DNA of 63,828 nucleotides, counting the filler, from Hyphochytrium catenoides (Eukaryota > Protista > Hyphochytriomycota), in assembly GCA_900088475.1 (NCBI GenBank). It is 6 parts of 6 records of this genome, joined end to end, with 100 filler letters (N's around TTAATTAATTAA, not from the genome) between each part and the next. Parts side by side here need not be neighbours in the genome. Positions count along the whole stretch, not along the records: positions 1 to 25,410 come from FLMG01001611.1; positions 25,511 to 42,372 come from FLMG01001097.1; 4 more parts are not named here. One strand, 5' to 3'. Within the stretch, counting starts at the first letter, position 1, and each line of letters starts with the position of its first letter. The notes beneath the pieces are model-generated. The model did no database searches, was not told the origin of the DNA, and saw nothing but the letters and a program-made list of their open reading frames with translations. Both the position numbers and the translations under genes were made by a program. Shown here piece after piece: positions 12,302 through 25,840 of the stretch.

Positions 12302-13432
12302 CTAAAGTTCCACGACAGTGTTGCTCGACTGTCGGATTAGATCTTCGAAAGAAGAGACAGTGGCAGCAGAAGAGCACGATCCCGCTGTCTCTCGGCTGGT
12401 TACGTTTGACACTCTCATCTTGGGCTCCACGTACGAGCAAGAGAAAGACTGAGAAGAGGGAGAAACACCTTGCCAACAGTCTTCTCTCACTCTCACTTTC
12501 AGCTGCTGAGGAGACGGAGAACGAGGAGAGAGCGACGGGGAAGACAGAGGCGAAGAAGGTGGAACCTCCCAGGAGGAGGTGGTGCTCACCTCTAAGAAGT
12601 CTGCTAATAATTGCTGAATCTGAGAGAGAACAGTGCCGTCGACCATGGGAGGGAGAAGAAGGAGCTCTCCAAATATTTGGACGACGTCTGTCATCCAGGA
12701 AGAGAGAACAGAGCACATGTCTCTCCTACTCTTTCTCGTATAGACCAGCCTTCGAGAGGGAAACTGACAGACTTTCTCCAGTCTGGCTTTCCAGGAGAGA
12801 AGAGAGAGAATGCCATACCTCATCTCTCCCTTGCTACTGCCGAGGAGACGCAGAAGAGAGGAACGGAACTCTCTAAAGTCAGAGAAGCTTCTCCTGATGT
12901 ACCAGGTCCCTATGCTAGCCATAATGATCATCTCATACTGTCCAGGCGTTCTCTTCCGAGAGAGAGAAGAAGAAGAAGAGACGTTGGTTCTCTTCCTGAG
13001 AAGCGGAAACCAGGAGGAGGAAGAGGAGGTTGGTGCTGCATGGGTAGAGGACCTGTTGTTTTCATCTAGAGACGGGAGAAGAGGGAGGAAGAGAGAAGAC
13101 TCTTCAATTTTGCTGGGCCTTGTTCCTCCTTCTGTTCTCTTTTCTAGAGTTGAGAGTCGATGTCCCCGGAGGGAGAGAGAAGAGAAGCTTCCCAACAGGC
13201 TGACGCTCTGCTCTGGAGCAGGTGGAGCTGCGGGAGAGAGAGAAGGAGAGAGAGAAGGAGAGAGAGAAGATGATGAAGAGAGAGAGGAAGAGGAAGGAGG
13301 AATCCACTCTACCGTGATGGACTCTATGATGCCAACAGAATGATAGGGCATTTCTTTCTCTTTCTCTCTCCATTGTGGGAGAGAGCAGAAGGGATTCACA
13401 GGCGCCAGAGGCGCTTCTTGCCCCAGGCCCAT
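12302..13432 (-). CDS. PX (Phox homology) domain protein with Ser/Pro-rich disordered flanks; start codon uncertain (13432 or 13351)
   Basis: Single long ORF with PX signature YEMIIMASIGTWYIRRSFSDFREFRSSL...FPSRRLV...RRDMCSVLSSWMTDVV...LLADFLEV. Confidence 0.75.
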   Translation of the reverse strand: MGLGQEAPLAPVNPFCSLPQWREKEKEMPYHSVGIIESITVEWIPPSSSSLSSSSSLSPSLSPSLSPAAPPAPEQSVSLLGSFSSLSLRGHRLSTLEKRTEGGTRPSKIEESSLFLPLLPSLDENNRSSTHAAPTSSSSSWFPLLRKRTNVSSSSSLSRKRTPGQYEMIIMASIGTWYIRRSFSDFREFRSSLLRLLGSSKGEMRYGILSLLSWKARLEKVCQFPSRRLVYTRKSRRDMCSVLSSWMTDVVQIFGELLLLPPMVDGTVLSQIQQLLADFLEVSTTSSWEVPPSSPLSSPSLSPRSPSPQQLKVRVREDCWQGVSPSSQSFSCSYVEPKMRVSNVTSRETAGSCSSAATVSSFEDLIRQSSNTVVEL

Positions 13433-13820
13433 AGGAGAGAGAGAGAGTAGGGTGACCTCTTTTCTTTCCCTCGCTTTCTTATCCAACAGGTGGCAAAGAG
13501 AGGGTAAGCACTCTCTTCATACTCCTATCGCTATAGTGTGAACCACCGTCCTTCGGAAGAGAGACTGCTGTCCGTCCAATGCGCAGTGTACGAGGGAGAG
13601 AGAGAGAGACTTGAAGAGAGCAAAGAGAAGAGATGCAGACACTGATGAGGTCGCGGGGAAAGAGACAGAGATTGAGAAATCGCTGACGAGGAGGAAAAGC
13701 TACAATGTGTTGATGAGCGAAGTGAGTGATGGAGCTTCAGTACCAAGCTCTGCGCTAATGGAGCGAGACCGCGCTGATGACGAACGAGATTGCTATTGTT
13801 TGCAAGAGCGAGCGCCAAAT

Positions 13821-13874
<54 letters not shown>

Positions 13875-16800
13875 TAAAGACGGGGAGAGACCGAAGTCTT
13901 AGAAGCAAGGTCGACGGGCTCTTCAGAGGTCAGACCGAGAGCCAAAGTGGGTGGGGAAAGACATTCATCGTCTCATCAGAAAGAGAGAGCAGCAGCAGCG
14001 ATGAAGGTGTGGGGAGAGGAGAGAGACGCCCTCAAAAGTTGAGAGGGCAAGCCCACGGCAATGCTCATAGGTCCAAGCAGAAGGAGAATAGACAGAGAAT
14101 CTCCCTTTCTTTTCACTCTCTCTCTCTCTTTCTCTCTTCTTGTCTATCATTCCAGTTGATGGAGCCAGAGAGAGAAGGGTAAACTTGCGAGGATAGAGGA
14201 GGACAGAGAACAGGAGGCGCAAGGTGGGGTGAGCACTCACTAGACCCCGAAAGAGAGAGAGAGAGCGAGAGAGAGAGCGAGAGAGAGAGAGAAAAATAGA
14301 AAGAGAGGAAGAGAGAGAGAGAGAGAGAGAGACGGACCAAGAGAGAGAAGTGTAGGTGTTGATGAGAGCGAGAGAGAACGACGCAGAGGCAGCCATTATT
14401 TAGGAAAACTGATGGGCAGCAAAGATGGGGATGTCGGTCACTATGACAAGACTGGAGTGTAGAGAGACAGAGCCATGAGAGATATACTTAGACTATAGGC
14501 TGAAGGGATAAAGAAGTGAGAGAGAAGTGATGTGAGATAGAGTCGGGTCAGACGGTTGGGTTTGACTTCCATCAGCAGCTGAGCCAGACTGATCACCCAC
14601 CCCCACCCAAGGATAGCCGGTAACGACGATCCCAGAGGTTGAGCTTTGCGGGAAAGTATTTCTTGAAGACTTCCTCCTGAAACTTAATGTTTTCTCCAGT
14701 GAAAGTGACCCTGCCGATATGTTTCGAAGGTTCACTGAATGGTTTTGTATTTATTATTTTCTGACCTCATCTTGACAACAACTGTTCATCTCTATGAACT
14801 AAATAATATATAGGGTTTGCCAGCTATACCCGGCACTCTGTCTCATGATCACCATCTTTCAGATAAAGTGAGGTGGTTTTTGCCGCCTTCCTATTTTGCC
14901 TCTCTGTCTCTTTCTTTCTTCCTCTCTCTCTCTCTTGGTCTCTCTTTCTGGGCTCTCTTATTATGACTCTCTCTCCGGGGTTCTGTCATATCTCTCTTCC
15001 CTCTGTCTGTCTCGCGCTCTCTGTCTTTTATTATAGGCACCACTCTTCATCATCATTTCCCATCATCACGACTTCTTACTTCTTCTTCATTCTTCTTCTC
15101 TTCTTTCTTACTTCTTCTTGTTTACCTTCCTTTCTAATGTTATCTCTTCTTCCTTTCAATGCATGACAAGGAAGCCGCAAGTCTTGAGAGGACGGACGAC
15201 AGAGTGACTCACTAGATATGACTACGAGCACCAATGTTAATCATAATAGCCCCGCAGATAGTGGCGACGACGGATGAAGAAGAGACGCGGATAGATATCA
15301 GTATATATCTTCCTCCTGCAGACAGAAGAGAATAGTGCCATAGTGCCTGGAACAGAAAGAAAGGAAATTGAAGAGCAAGAATTCTCCAAGAAGAGATATC
15401 AATAATAATAATAAAGGGAGAAGTAGGAGAAGACGAGACGACCAAAGGGGAAGAGAAATGAGAGGTCCTTCTCTCTTCACTCTTCCTCTTCTCTCCTTCC
15501 TTGCAAGGAGTGGTTACCTCCTCCTTCCATTCTTGACTCTTCTCTTCTTCTTCTTGCTCCCCTAATGCCAGACAAGAAGGAAAAGTCGGACCGAGAGGGG
15601 AGAGACAGGAGAGGGAGATCTGTTCGGGGAAGCTTTGTCGTCCCTTAGTCCCCGTCCTCACGACGTGCCTGCTCTTGCTGCCCGTCTGTATATTTGTATA
15701 TTCCTAGTAGTTGACCTTAGGACAAGATGCAAGCAGCTTTGGCAGCACATCAGCCGGCACAGTTGATAGTAAACGGATCATGAGAGAAGAAGTGAAAGCC
15801 AACGGAGCGAGCGAGTTAACAATAATACAGCTGATGATGAATGGATATCTCTTTATTATGACGATATGAGAGAGAAATTGCCAACCATGACTATGGGCAC
15901 CAGCGACGATAAAGAATGAGACAGACGAGGACAAGAAGAGCCGTTAAGCCTGAGACGCAAGGTGCAGCCATTCAAACTACTTTGCTTTGTCCAAACTGAC
16001 GAATGCCTGTGTGTTTGAGGGACATTATTCTCACCTTCTGGGTCAAAGCAAAAGAATCAGTATAATAGCTTAGGTGGTCCAAATACTATCAGCAAGAAGT
16101 CCTCTTCATTTCCTACTCTTCTCTTTCTGTCCCATTCTGTCTTTATCTCTTGTTCGTCCTCTCCTTTTCTGCTTACTCTTCCTCCTCTGGTGTCATGTAC
16201 GTTTGCCACCACATAGGAGAGCGGTGAGGAACGGGGAGAGTAGATACATATGTGAGTGGATCGACGGGCAAGAAGACACCAGTCAGTAGCCGCTCTCATT
16301 CAAGAGCCCTTTCTACTAGCAATGCGAGGACTCTTATAAGCAGCTTCTCTCTCTCTATAGCCTCAGGCGCTTATTATCTAGCAGATAGAAAGCAGTCAGT
16401 CATATCTTTGCCATGGATGGGTGCCTTTCCTCCTGCTGAAGAAGAAGTGGAACTGTGCAGCCATATCTTGTTAAGCTCTCTTTTTTCTTTGCTTGTACGT
16501 CTTCAAGCTACTTCCTACTACTCGACAGTATAATGCTGAACAGGTAGTAGTGGGGCGTCTCACTTGTCTCTAGCGCGGACGACCTTTCGTGGTACCCTGC
16601 AGGCAGCACTGCGATAAACAGATTTCTCTGACGCTTTTCTTCTCACCTTTGGTGCTAGCAAGCTTCAACTTCATCATCAGTGACACTCATAGGCAGCAGG
16701 TGCCACGGCGCTTCCATAAGGCTTTCTGACAGCTGTCTCTAGAAGAGCTCCCATAGGGGAAGCAGCGGCAAAGAGCAGCTCTCATCAGCACTGCACTCCT

Positions 16801-17244
16801 CTGTCACTCCTTACCTACCGTCAACAAGTTGGCCGCTGTCTCCATCAGCACATTCATATCCTCCCAACCACAGGGACGGACGGCGCTTGGCTCTTGGCTC
16901 AGCTTTTGCACTTTGCGCGCCACTTCGATGATGATGCGCCAACGGGAAACATTTAAGATTCATTGTATCTTTCCTCTCATCACCAAGGCCTAACGTTGAC
17001 TATCATATCTCCGAAGCTTTCGTAGGGCGAAATGTTTCACTGGCCTTTCTCTTCTGCAGAAGTGGACCGTCTGCCCTCCCTCCTCTCTGTGGTTCGGCCT
17101 TTCCAAGTACTGTTTTACCTTTATTTTCGGGAATTACCTTTTGGGCATCTATCCAAATTTTACACGGTTAATCACTTAGCTAGTCGTGGGGACGTCTCCA
17201 ATAGAGCGCAATTTTCGTGTCCCATGGGATGCTTTATGGCTGTA

Positions 17245-17278
<34 letters not shown>

Positions 17279-18098
17279 CCCTGTCAAACGAGAACGAGAG
17301 AGAGAGAGAAAGAGAGAGAGACAGAGGGTCGAAGCAGTGGAGAAGGATAACGAGGAAGACAAATAAAGAGAGAAGTAGACAAAGCGCTAGAGAAGTCGAG
17401 AGATCGGGAGAGAAAGAAAGAGTAGAGATTGAGAGAGAGAGAGAGATTGAGAGAGAGAGAGCGAGAGAGAGATAGCGAGAGCGAGAGAGAAAGAGACTAC
17501 TCGTCCAGCAGACCTCTTGGGGGCGTATTTTTACTTCGGTTCTTATGATAAAGACCGTCACAGCGATAGTAGAGAAAAGAGAAGAGAGACTCTTGGTAAG
17601 TTCACAGTCCACAGACAGCAGCTGTTTGAAAGAGCTAAGAAAGACAGAAGAGAGACAAGTCATAGGCCATAGACGGAATCAAGCGCCGCGGCAAGTAGAC
17701 GACGAATGACAACGCGGAACCGCGGAGAGAGAAGAGAGAGGCCGACAAAGAGAGAGAAAGAAAGCGAGGAATATAAAACAGGGTAACTCAAGACTGAACT
17801 GAGGAGGAAAGAGAAAGAGACAGGAAGATCTGTGGCCCAACAAGGCAGTCGAGGAGACAGCTTCTCAGCCAAAAGCTTGTTGAACACGGGCGATTGTACC
17901 GCTCTGGTTTCTCTTCTCTCTCTCTTCCGTGGTTGTCTGTCTCTCTTTCTGTGGCTTGGAGGGGCGCCAATGGGCCTCTCGCACTCCTTTGTCTAGAAAA
18001 CTTAAACGTTCTCTCTCTGGCTTGACAAACGCTTGAGGGAGAGAGAACGGGAGACAGAGAGAAAGAAAGAGGGGGAGACAGAAAAAAGAGAGAGAGAG

Positions 18099-18241
18099 AT
18101 GGCGTTCACTCAGGAGCAATACCACGTGATAGAACTATGCACACGCGTGGCGGCTGGCTTCAGTATCATCGGCACGTTGGCGCTCATGTTTTCCTCTTTG
18201 AAGAAGAAAGAGCGCTTGCGNNNNNNNNNNNNNNNNNNNNN

Positions 18242-18289
<48 letters not shown>

Positions 18290-18977
18290 GGTCCATCCAT
18301 GATGCACGTCGTCGTCTTGATTTACTCTCTGCATTTTTAGGCAATCGCTTTTGCCCGCCCTTTCTTCTCCTTTCCTTTCTCCTGAGAATCCTTAGCTCTT
18401 CGTTCTCTTGCTTACTCTTGGTTATACTCTTCCTCTCACTGGTTGCGATTCTCTTTCTCTCTCTCTCTTTCTTTGTATCCTCTTAATATCTCTCTTCGGC
18501 AATTCCTTCTCACTCTTTCCCTCTCTCTCTGTCTCCCGCTCTCTCTCGTAGCCGATCAGGATTTCTCATTGCCGGGGATTCAAGCTCACTTTGCATTGCG
18601 CAAGGCTTTGGTGTGATGTACTTCCTGATAACAGTGAGTTCCCAACCCTCTGTCTCTCTCTCTCTCTCTGTTTTTCCTTTCGCGCTCTCTCTTCTGCTTG
18701 CTTCTAAGTAGACACAAGAGGACGGCGTAGGGACCGGACGAATAGAGAGAGTCAGCGAGAGAGATTAGTGACGCAGAAGTGACACATCATAGAGACATAG
18801 GCTGAGCAAGAGAGCAAGAGATAAGAGAAAGAGAGAGAAAAACAAACAGAAGGCCAGGAAACACTGCCAGCCGTATTACGGAGGTGCAATCAACCTTCTC
18901 TCTCTCTCCCTCTTTCTTCTCTCTCTGTCTCTCTCACATTAAGCTCCGCTCTCTCTCTCTGGCACACAATAACCTCC

Positions 18978-19016
<39 letters not shown>

Positions 19017-20139
19017 TTGTCTCTCTTCACTTCCAGTCAATTGCCTGGACAACAGTCCTTGCTTTAAACCTTCTCTTCACGACTGTGGGTCACCGGAAGA
19101 AAGAGCAGCTGGAAAGCTATGAGATCTACTATCACTTCTTCTGCTGGGGCGGGACGCTCATCTACGCGGGCGTTCTTCTTCTTCCTTTCGTCCACTTCCG
19201 TTCCTCGCCTTTCTATGGCAATGCGGATTTCTGGTGCTGGATCTCTAAGGATTACAAGGAGTATCGCATGTATCTCTTCTACATCCCGCTCTGGATCGCC
19301 TTTCTCTTCATTCTTATCTGCTACTTATGGGTCGGGAGAGTGCTGAAGAAGAGCACTGACAAGTAAGTTCCTCTCTCTTTTCTCTCTCTCCCTCTCTCTC
19401 TCTCTCTCCACACACACGGACCCACATTCTTTCTTATATTAGTCTCTGTCTCTCTCGTTCTCTTTCCCTTCTTCCTTCCGCTGCCTCTCTCCTCCTTTCT
19501 CTCTCTCTTTCTCTCTTTCTTTCTCTCTCTCTCTTTCTTTCCTTCTCTCTCCCTTCTCTTCCTCTCACCTTTCCTCCTCCTCTCGGTTCTCGCTCTCTCT
19601 CCTCCACCTTCTCTCTGGCCTTCTCTCTTTTCTGGAGTTACAGTCTCTGCTTCCTCGCCGCACGCTTTCTCGTCGCACGCTTTCTCGTGGACGCTTCTCT
19701 TTCTGAGCTCCCTACTCAGTGTCATCCTCTCTATACGTTGAGGAACAGTCATGCTCCTCCTTCTCTTGGTTGAGATCAATCTTCAAGACCTTGAAGCTCT
19801 CTCTTCGTGTGTCTCTCTCTCCCTCCCTCTTTCTTTCTCTCTCTCTTTCTAGGCTGCTGACCTGTGTTGCTTTCTTTATATTTCGTCTTCTGCTCGCTCA
19901 CACGCCGGCACCATTTGTCCTCGTGTCTTTGTCTTCTCAAGTCGATCTTCTCTTGCTCTCTTTGTCTCTTTGTCTCTCTCTCTCTCTCTGTCTCTGCCCT
20001 CTCTCTCTATCCCACTCACACACTCTCTCTCTCCTTGCATCCCTTCTCCTTTTCACTCTCCCTCTCCCATCTCTCCCCTCCCCAACACACTCTCTCTCCC
20101 TCCCTCTCCTCTCTCCCTCCCATCTCTCTCCCTCCCCAA

Positions 20140-20172
<33 letters not shown>

Positions 20173-20629
20173 ACAGTATGAGCAGTAAGACCGAGAACCA
20201 AAAGAGCATCGCGCGGATCAACAAGCGCTACGTCATGAAGACGAACATGTATCTCCTCATCTTCTTCGTCGCCTGGTTCCCGCCCACCATCAACCGCATC
20301 CACATGATCTTTGACCCCAAGAACCCTATCTACACCCTCGCCATACTGCACGCGGTAACGGACACCTCTCTCTCTCTCTCTCTCTCTGTCTCCCTCTCTC
20401 TCTCTGTCTCTCTCTCTTTGTCTCTCTCTCTCCGTCTCACGCTGTCGCTCGTCCTATAGCTACGTATTAGGGCGTTTATCTTACTGATACTCTGCTTATC
20501 TGAAAGGCTAACCTGCCCGCTTAATCTGTCTCCACATTGCTCTTTTCTCAACTCTCTCTCTGTGTCTCTCTCTTTCTCTTCTCTCTCTTCTCTCTTCCTC
20601 TCTCTCTTCTCTTTTCTCTATCCTCTCTC

Positions 20630-20665
<36 letters not shown>

Positions 20666-21149
20666 GATCCTCGTCCCTCTCAACGGCTTCCTCAACTCTC
20701 TCGCCTATTTCTGGGGCGGCGCTTGCATTCGCTGGTGGAGACGATCGGAGAAGAAAGACCCAAGAACGGCAGCAGACGAGGCAGACAAGACAGCTTCCCA
20801 GTCTATAAACAGCGATCTGATGTACCAGCGCTCCTCTTCCGCAGACTCTGACGTCGCGATGCTGACGCCGATCACGCCAGGAGGAGTGTTGACCAGGGAA
20901 GAGAGAGAAAGAGACGAGCTGGCTGGAGGAGGAGGGAGAAGGAGAGAAAGAGGGCCGCTGCCCTCGATCGTCACTGCCTCTTCTGATGAGCTTTTCTGGT
21001 CCGAGCGATCTTCAAGCAGTAGATTTTCTTACTTTGACGGGATGTCAGGATCGGGAGAAGAGAAAGGAGAGATCTATGAGTTTATCGAGGAAGGACAGTC
21101 AGGACAGTCTCCTCATGTCATCACCAGGAGTACCGTGCGCCGTATCTAA
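18099..21149 (+). CDS. 7TM GPCR, cAMP-receptor-like (cAR/Crl/GCR1-type)
   Basis: Exons 18099-~18220 (runs into an N gap; the TM2 exon is not visible), 18552-18633, 19037-19362, 20177-20354, 20667-21149. Motifs LCIAQGFGVMYF, SIAWTTVLALNL, YEIYYHFFCWG, FWCWIS, LFYIPLW, YLLIFFVAWFPPTINRI, LVPLNGFLNSLAYF. Ser-rich C-terminal tail. Confidence 0.9.
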
Positions 21150-22436
21150 AGGCGCTGTGTGGGTGGTCGGGGGAACAGAGAGAGAGACACACTCTCTCTC
21201 TCTCTCTCTCTCCTCTGTCCTTTCAGTACGTTAGATGTCTCTTCCCTTTCTCTTTTTATGGCTGCATCTCATTAGCGGTCCGCTGCCTTTTTGTAGATGA
21301 AAAGTCCTTCTTCTTCTTCTCTCTCCTCTCTCTCTTTCTCTCTCCATCTCCGCCATCATCAACGTGCGGGCAGCTACCATAGACAGTCTTCTTTATGGTC
21401 CCTTTCTATGAATTATACAGAGTTTCTCATTTGTACATCGGCCATCGACAGGAAGAGAGGACGAATGAGAAGGATGCTCCTCAATTGTTGCTGTTAACCT
21501 TCTCTCTCTCTCTCTCTTTTTCTCTCCTTCTCTCTCTCAAGCCAACTCTCTTTCTTTCTTCTTCGGGGCCAGACTTAACCTCATCAATCTCTCTGCTTGG
21601 TTCTTCTAACTAACCAAGGACGGGCCTCTCGCTTGTCCTTCGACTCTGAGTTTTCTCTTCTTCGTGCCTTCTTCACCAGTCCTTGCTCTTCTCTCTCTTT
21701 CTTGTGTCTTCTTCTTCCCTCTCCCCTCCTCGCTTTTTGCACCTTCTAGTAGGGTCATCTCCTCTCTCTCTCTGTCTCTCTCTCCTCGTCTCTCTTTCTC
21801 CCTTTGTAGCCTCTGCGGACGCTTTTCTACTATGGAGATGGAGCGATGGCACTATTTTATTGATAGAGAATAGGAGAGACAGAGTTGACGATGCGAAATG
21901 GCCACAAAGAATCGAAGAGATGCGTCTTCCACCGTCCTTAGCACCTTTGGATGAGAGACAGAGGCAGCAAGAGAGACAGAGGGATCAAGAGAGAGAATGG
22001 GCTGGAGGAGATGATGCCCAGGAAGTCATTCTCTTCCGTCTAACGGCGGCTTTATGGCGAAGGCCAGAGAGAACGACAGCAGAACGGAGAGAGAGAGAGA
22101 AGGGAAGAGAGAGAAAGGGAGAGAGAGGAGAAAGAAGGGATGAAAGAGCCAGCCCGCCAGAAGAGACCTGCGTGAGAGACGCAAGCAGGTTCTTCAAAAA
22201 AAGGCCGCAGAGCATCAAGAAGGAGAGAATAAAGAAGAGAGAGAGAATGACACTTTGCGCGGCAGTCTCACCATCTTTTCTTCTTCTCGTCTTCTCTCTC
22301 TCTCTCTCTGGCGACGGAAGGTTGCTGTCTCCCACAAGATGAGGCGGTTCCAACGTCAACATCATCCTGGCCACTCCTTTAGCTGAAGACGCACCTCTGA
22401 ACGGCCGCAGCTTTTGTGTCTTATGGTCTCTCTTGC

Positions 22437-22494
<58 letters not shown>

Positions 22495-22843
22495 TCTCTC
22501 TCTGTTTTCTCTTCTTGTTTCGCTCTGTGGCCCTCAGGTCTCGCCATCTCTTTCTCCTCACAGCCATTCCATTGTCTTCCTTCCTGCACACAGATAGTAC
22601 TCCTAGGGCAGGTCATGACTCGAATGATAGCATCGAACTGCAAGAGCGGGAGAGAGAGAAAAAGAGAGAGGGAAGTATAGAAAGAAAGAGAGAGAAAGAG
22701 AGAGAAGCAGGACGAATAGACGAAGAGTGAAGGTGCAATGCGGCCTTGATACTCTTTTGATGCGTCGGATTGAAGGTGACGGTCGCCCGCCTAGGACATA
22801 AATGTCAGTAGAAGAGCTCCTTTGGCCCTGCCCTGCTACAACA

Positions 22844-22876
<33 letters not shown>

Positions 22877-23216
22877 CTCTCTCTCTCCCTCTCTTTACTT
22901 CCTCCCCCTCTCTTTCTTTCGCTCTAACTCTCTCTCTCTCTGGCACCACTCTCTTCTCTCTTCTTGTGCCGCAATCGCTACTCGTAGAGAAAGAGAGAGA
23001 GAGAGAATGAAAGAGAGAGCAGTGCAGTAGTGGGAAGAAGGAGAGAGAGAGAGTCGGCGGTAAAACCAGACGTGGCAGGTCCTGACAGTTATGATCAGCA
23101 AGAGAAGACGCATAGAGGGCGAAGAAGAGCCAGTTTTTGGTCAAGAAAGACATGCAGCTTCTCATCTTCTAAAGCTACCAACAAACCCGTGCACAGTGTG
23201 GCCTGCAATGATCTTC

Positions 23217-23256
<40 letters not shown>

Positions 23257-25410
23257 GCGTTCTACTCGTTCTCTTCTCAGCCGTGTCCATAGAGGTCGTT
23301 CCGCTTCTAGAGGTTGACTGGTTAGGAACTGCGGGTGATGTGCGCTGACAGAAAAAAGAGAGAGAGAGAGAGAGACAGAGAGAGAGAGAGAGTCAGTAGC
23401 GGGTACAACTGTAACATAAGACCATCTGCGGACGTTTTTTTTGTTGTCCCTCCACTCTACTGCCGGGATCTCCTCCAAATAATGGAGAGAGAGAGAGAGA
23501 GATCCAGAGGAAAGACGCTCCGTGTACATGTATATCCCTCTTTCCATGTAAAGAGAGAGAGGCGCAGAAAGGATCTACTCAACAGAGAGAGAAGAAAGAG
23601 ATGTAGAAAGAAAAAAAAAGAGAGAGAGAGATAGATAGACAGAGAGAGAAGAGTACTCGTACCGTAACAAGCATCCAAGCGGCGCGGAGCAGAGGCTCGT
23701 TGCGTCCGTCGTACACCATCTTCACCATCTGCATGTTTCAGAAACAGAGAAAGAGGAAGAGAGAGAGAGAGAGAGAGAGAGAGACTGGGACTTTAAAATA
23801 TTGTTGGTGCAGGAAGAGCCAGTTGCATCTTGTGCCTACGCTTCTATCGCATCCTTTGAGATCCTGACGAGTCCCCTGAGATGTTCCTATGATCTTCCAT
23901 CTTTTCTCTCTCTCTCTCTCTCTCTCNNNNNNNNNNNNNNNNNNNNNNNNNNNNNNTCTCTCTCTCTCTCTTTCTCTCTCTCTCTTTCTCTCTCTCTCTC
24001 TTTCTCCTCCTCCATCTCCAAATTGATGGTGTCCTGACCTACCATCTTCTGAATATCTCTTGCGCTCTGATATTTGAAGTTGCCCCTTTCTCTTTCATCG
24101 CTCTCTGTTTCATAACTACTAAGTTGAGCTCTCACGGTATCTCTTCTTACTCTGTTTTAGACATGTTTCCTCTGTCTGTTCATATTATGTATCGTATGGC
24201 TATATAAGCTTTCCCTCGGCTCAATTTTTTTAAAACCTAGACTACATTTAATCTGCCCAAACTAACAAAAAGACGACTATCTTTATATGCTTTCCTGAAA
24301 AGATCATAACCATAAAAAGACAATCTAAATCTCAAAGAACAATAAAAACCGTGAAATAGCTTTTATTACCCGAAGCTGAAGAGAAAAGGCCCGAAAAGGA
24401 CAGCCAAAGGTCTCTGCTTCCTGTAACATTCAGTCCACCCTTTCTCTGTCTTGCCTCCTAAAAGACTCCTAAAGACAGAGGACAACCTTTGTAAGAGCTC
24501 CCATTTCTGGTACCTCTTGTGTTTTGGTCAAGGAATAGAAAAACAAAGGAAAACTGGAAATGGGTCCCCACCCGTTCTCTTCAAATATTAACTACTGAGA
24601 AATAGAACTTGGGAAGAGGATGGAGTGAGACGCAGCCTAGATTCTGGAGCGCCATCTTTTCAATCTTTAGAATATCTTTGGTCATGACATTTTGAATTAT
24701 TACTACTCCGTTCGTAATCATTTTGATTTTGATCATTCCACCATTGTGTGTATTACCACGCCACTCTAGTCAGCGAGGATCGAGTTTTGGGCCTCTCACC
24801 AGGGCGATCCCTGCAATAATAATTGGCGCCATCTGGGCGTTATGTAGCTTTATACTGGTCAGTAGTAATGTAATTTTGAAGGTCCAAGACTTTCTTAGCC
24901 TCATTGCACTGAGGGCGGCCTAAATAGACCCTTTTGTCTGGTCCACTAGGGGAGATACTTGTCTATAGACACAAAGGGATACGGCGCTTGGCCAGACCAA
25001 CTTCGGCTCAACTGGAAAAGCTTCTCTAGGTTCCATTCAATAGTCTCTTGAGTCTCTCCATACATTCGCCGCCTTAGGGTTTTTAAAGGCCTATTAGCCT
25101 AGAAAATAACTCGAACCTTATCCGCCTTTCGTTGCATATGAGGGTCAAAGCAGGATGGGCTCCCTTCCCTCCCTCATCAGAGGCGCAGAAGGCCATCAAA
25201 AATGCAAGAGAGGGAAGACACCACCACCGTCACACAGAACAGGGAGATGCTCACCCCAGGTAGCCACGGCTTCAACAAAGGAATATTGGATTGTTTATAC
25301 TGAAAGCGGTGGTTATTTATCAGTGGGGTATCGGCGGTGCGCACCCTGTTTGAAGGTGGAGGGAAAGAGAAATGCTCATTGCCCTACTTTCTCTCTCTCT
25401 CTCTCTCTCT

Positions 25411-25510
25411 NNNNNNNNNNNNNNNNNNNNNNNNNNNNNNNNNNNNNNNNNNNNTTAATTAATTAANNNNNNNNNNNNNNNNNNNNNNNNNNNNNNNNNN
25501 NNNNNNNNNN
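25411..25510. other. Artificial contig spacer (44 N + TTAATTAATTAA + 44 N)
   Basis: Six-frame stop 12-mer at 25455-25466 flanked by equal N runs. Confidence 0.97.
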
Positions 25511-25748
25511 ATGTGCTCCTTAGGGTGAGAACAGTGTCCCTCTCCGTTCACTTTCTCTCTCTCTTCCGCTTGCTGTCTCTCCTTGTCCTTCTCTTTCTTT
25601 TTTCTTTCTCTTCGACTTCTCTGTCCCAGTGTGCTCCGTGTCTTTGGCTCTCTCTCTCTCTGTTATCTCCCGTCTTCGATCCTCCTTATCTCTCTCTTTC
25701 TCTCTCTCTCTCTCTTTCTCTCTCTCCCTCCCTCTCTCTCTCTCTCGT

Positions 25749-25791
<43 letters not shown>

Positions 25792-25801
25792 TTCTTTTTC
25801 A

Positions 25802-25840
<39 letters not shown>

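Noticed and set aside
13600-17050. Exon-like fragments (13611-13820 +, 14493-14735 -, ~16815-16950 -)
   Set aside because: No recognisable homology, in-frame stops nearby, and no consistent splice chain
21830-24140. Possible minus-strand multi-exon gene (e.g. MVKMVYDGRNEPLLRAAWMLVT near 23663-23728)
   Set aside because: Exon-like islands exist, but I could not build a phase-consistent model or recognise a domain
25455-25466. Recurrent palindromic TTAATTAATTAA as a biological motif
   Set aside because: Always centred in 44+44 N; synthetic linker
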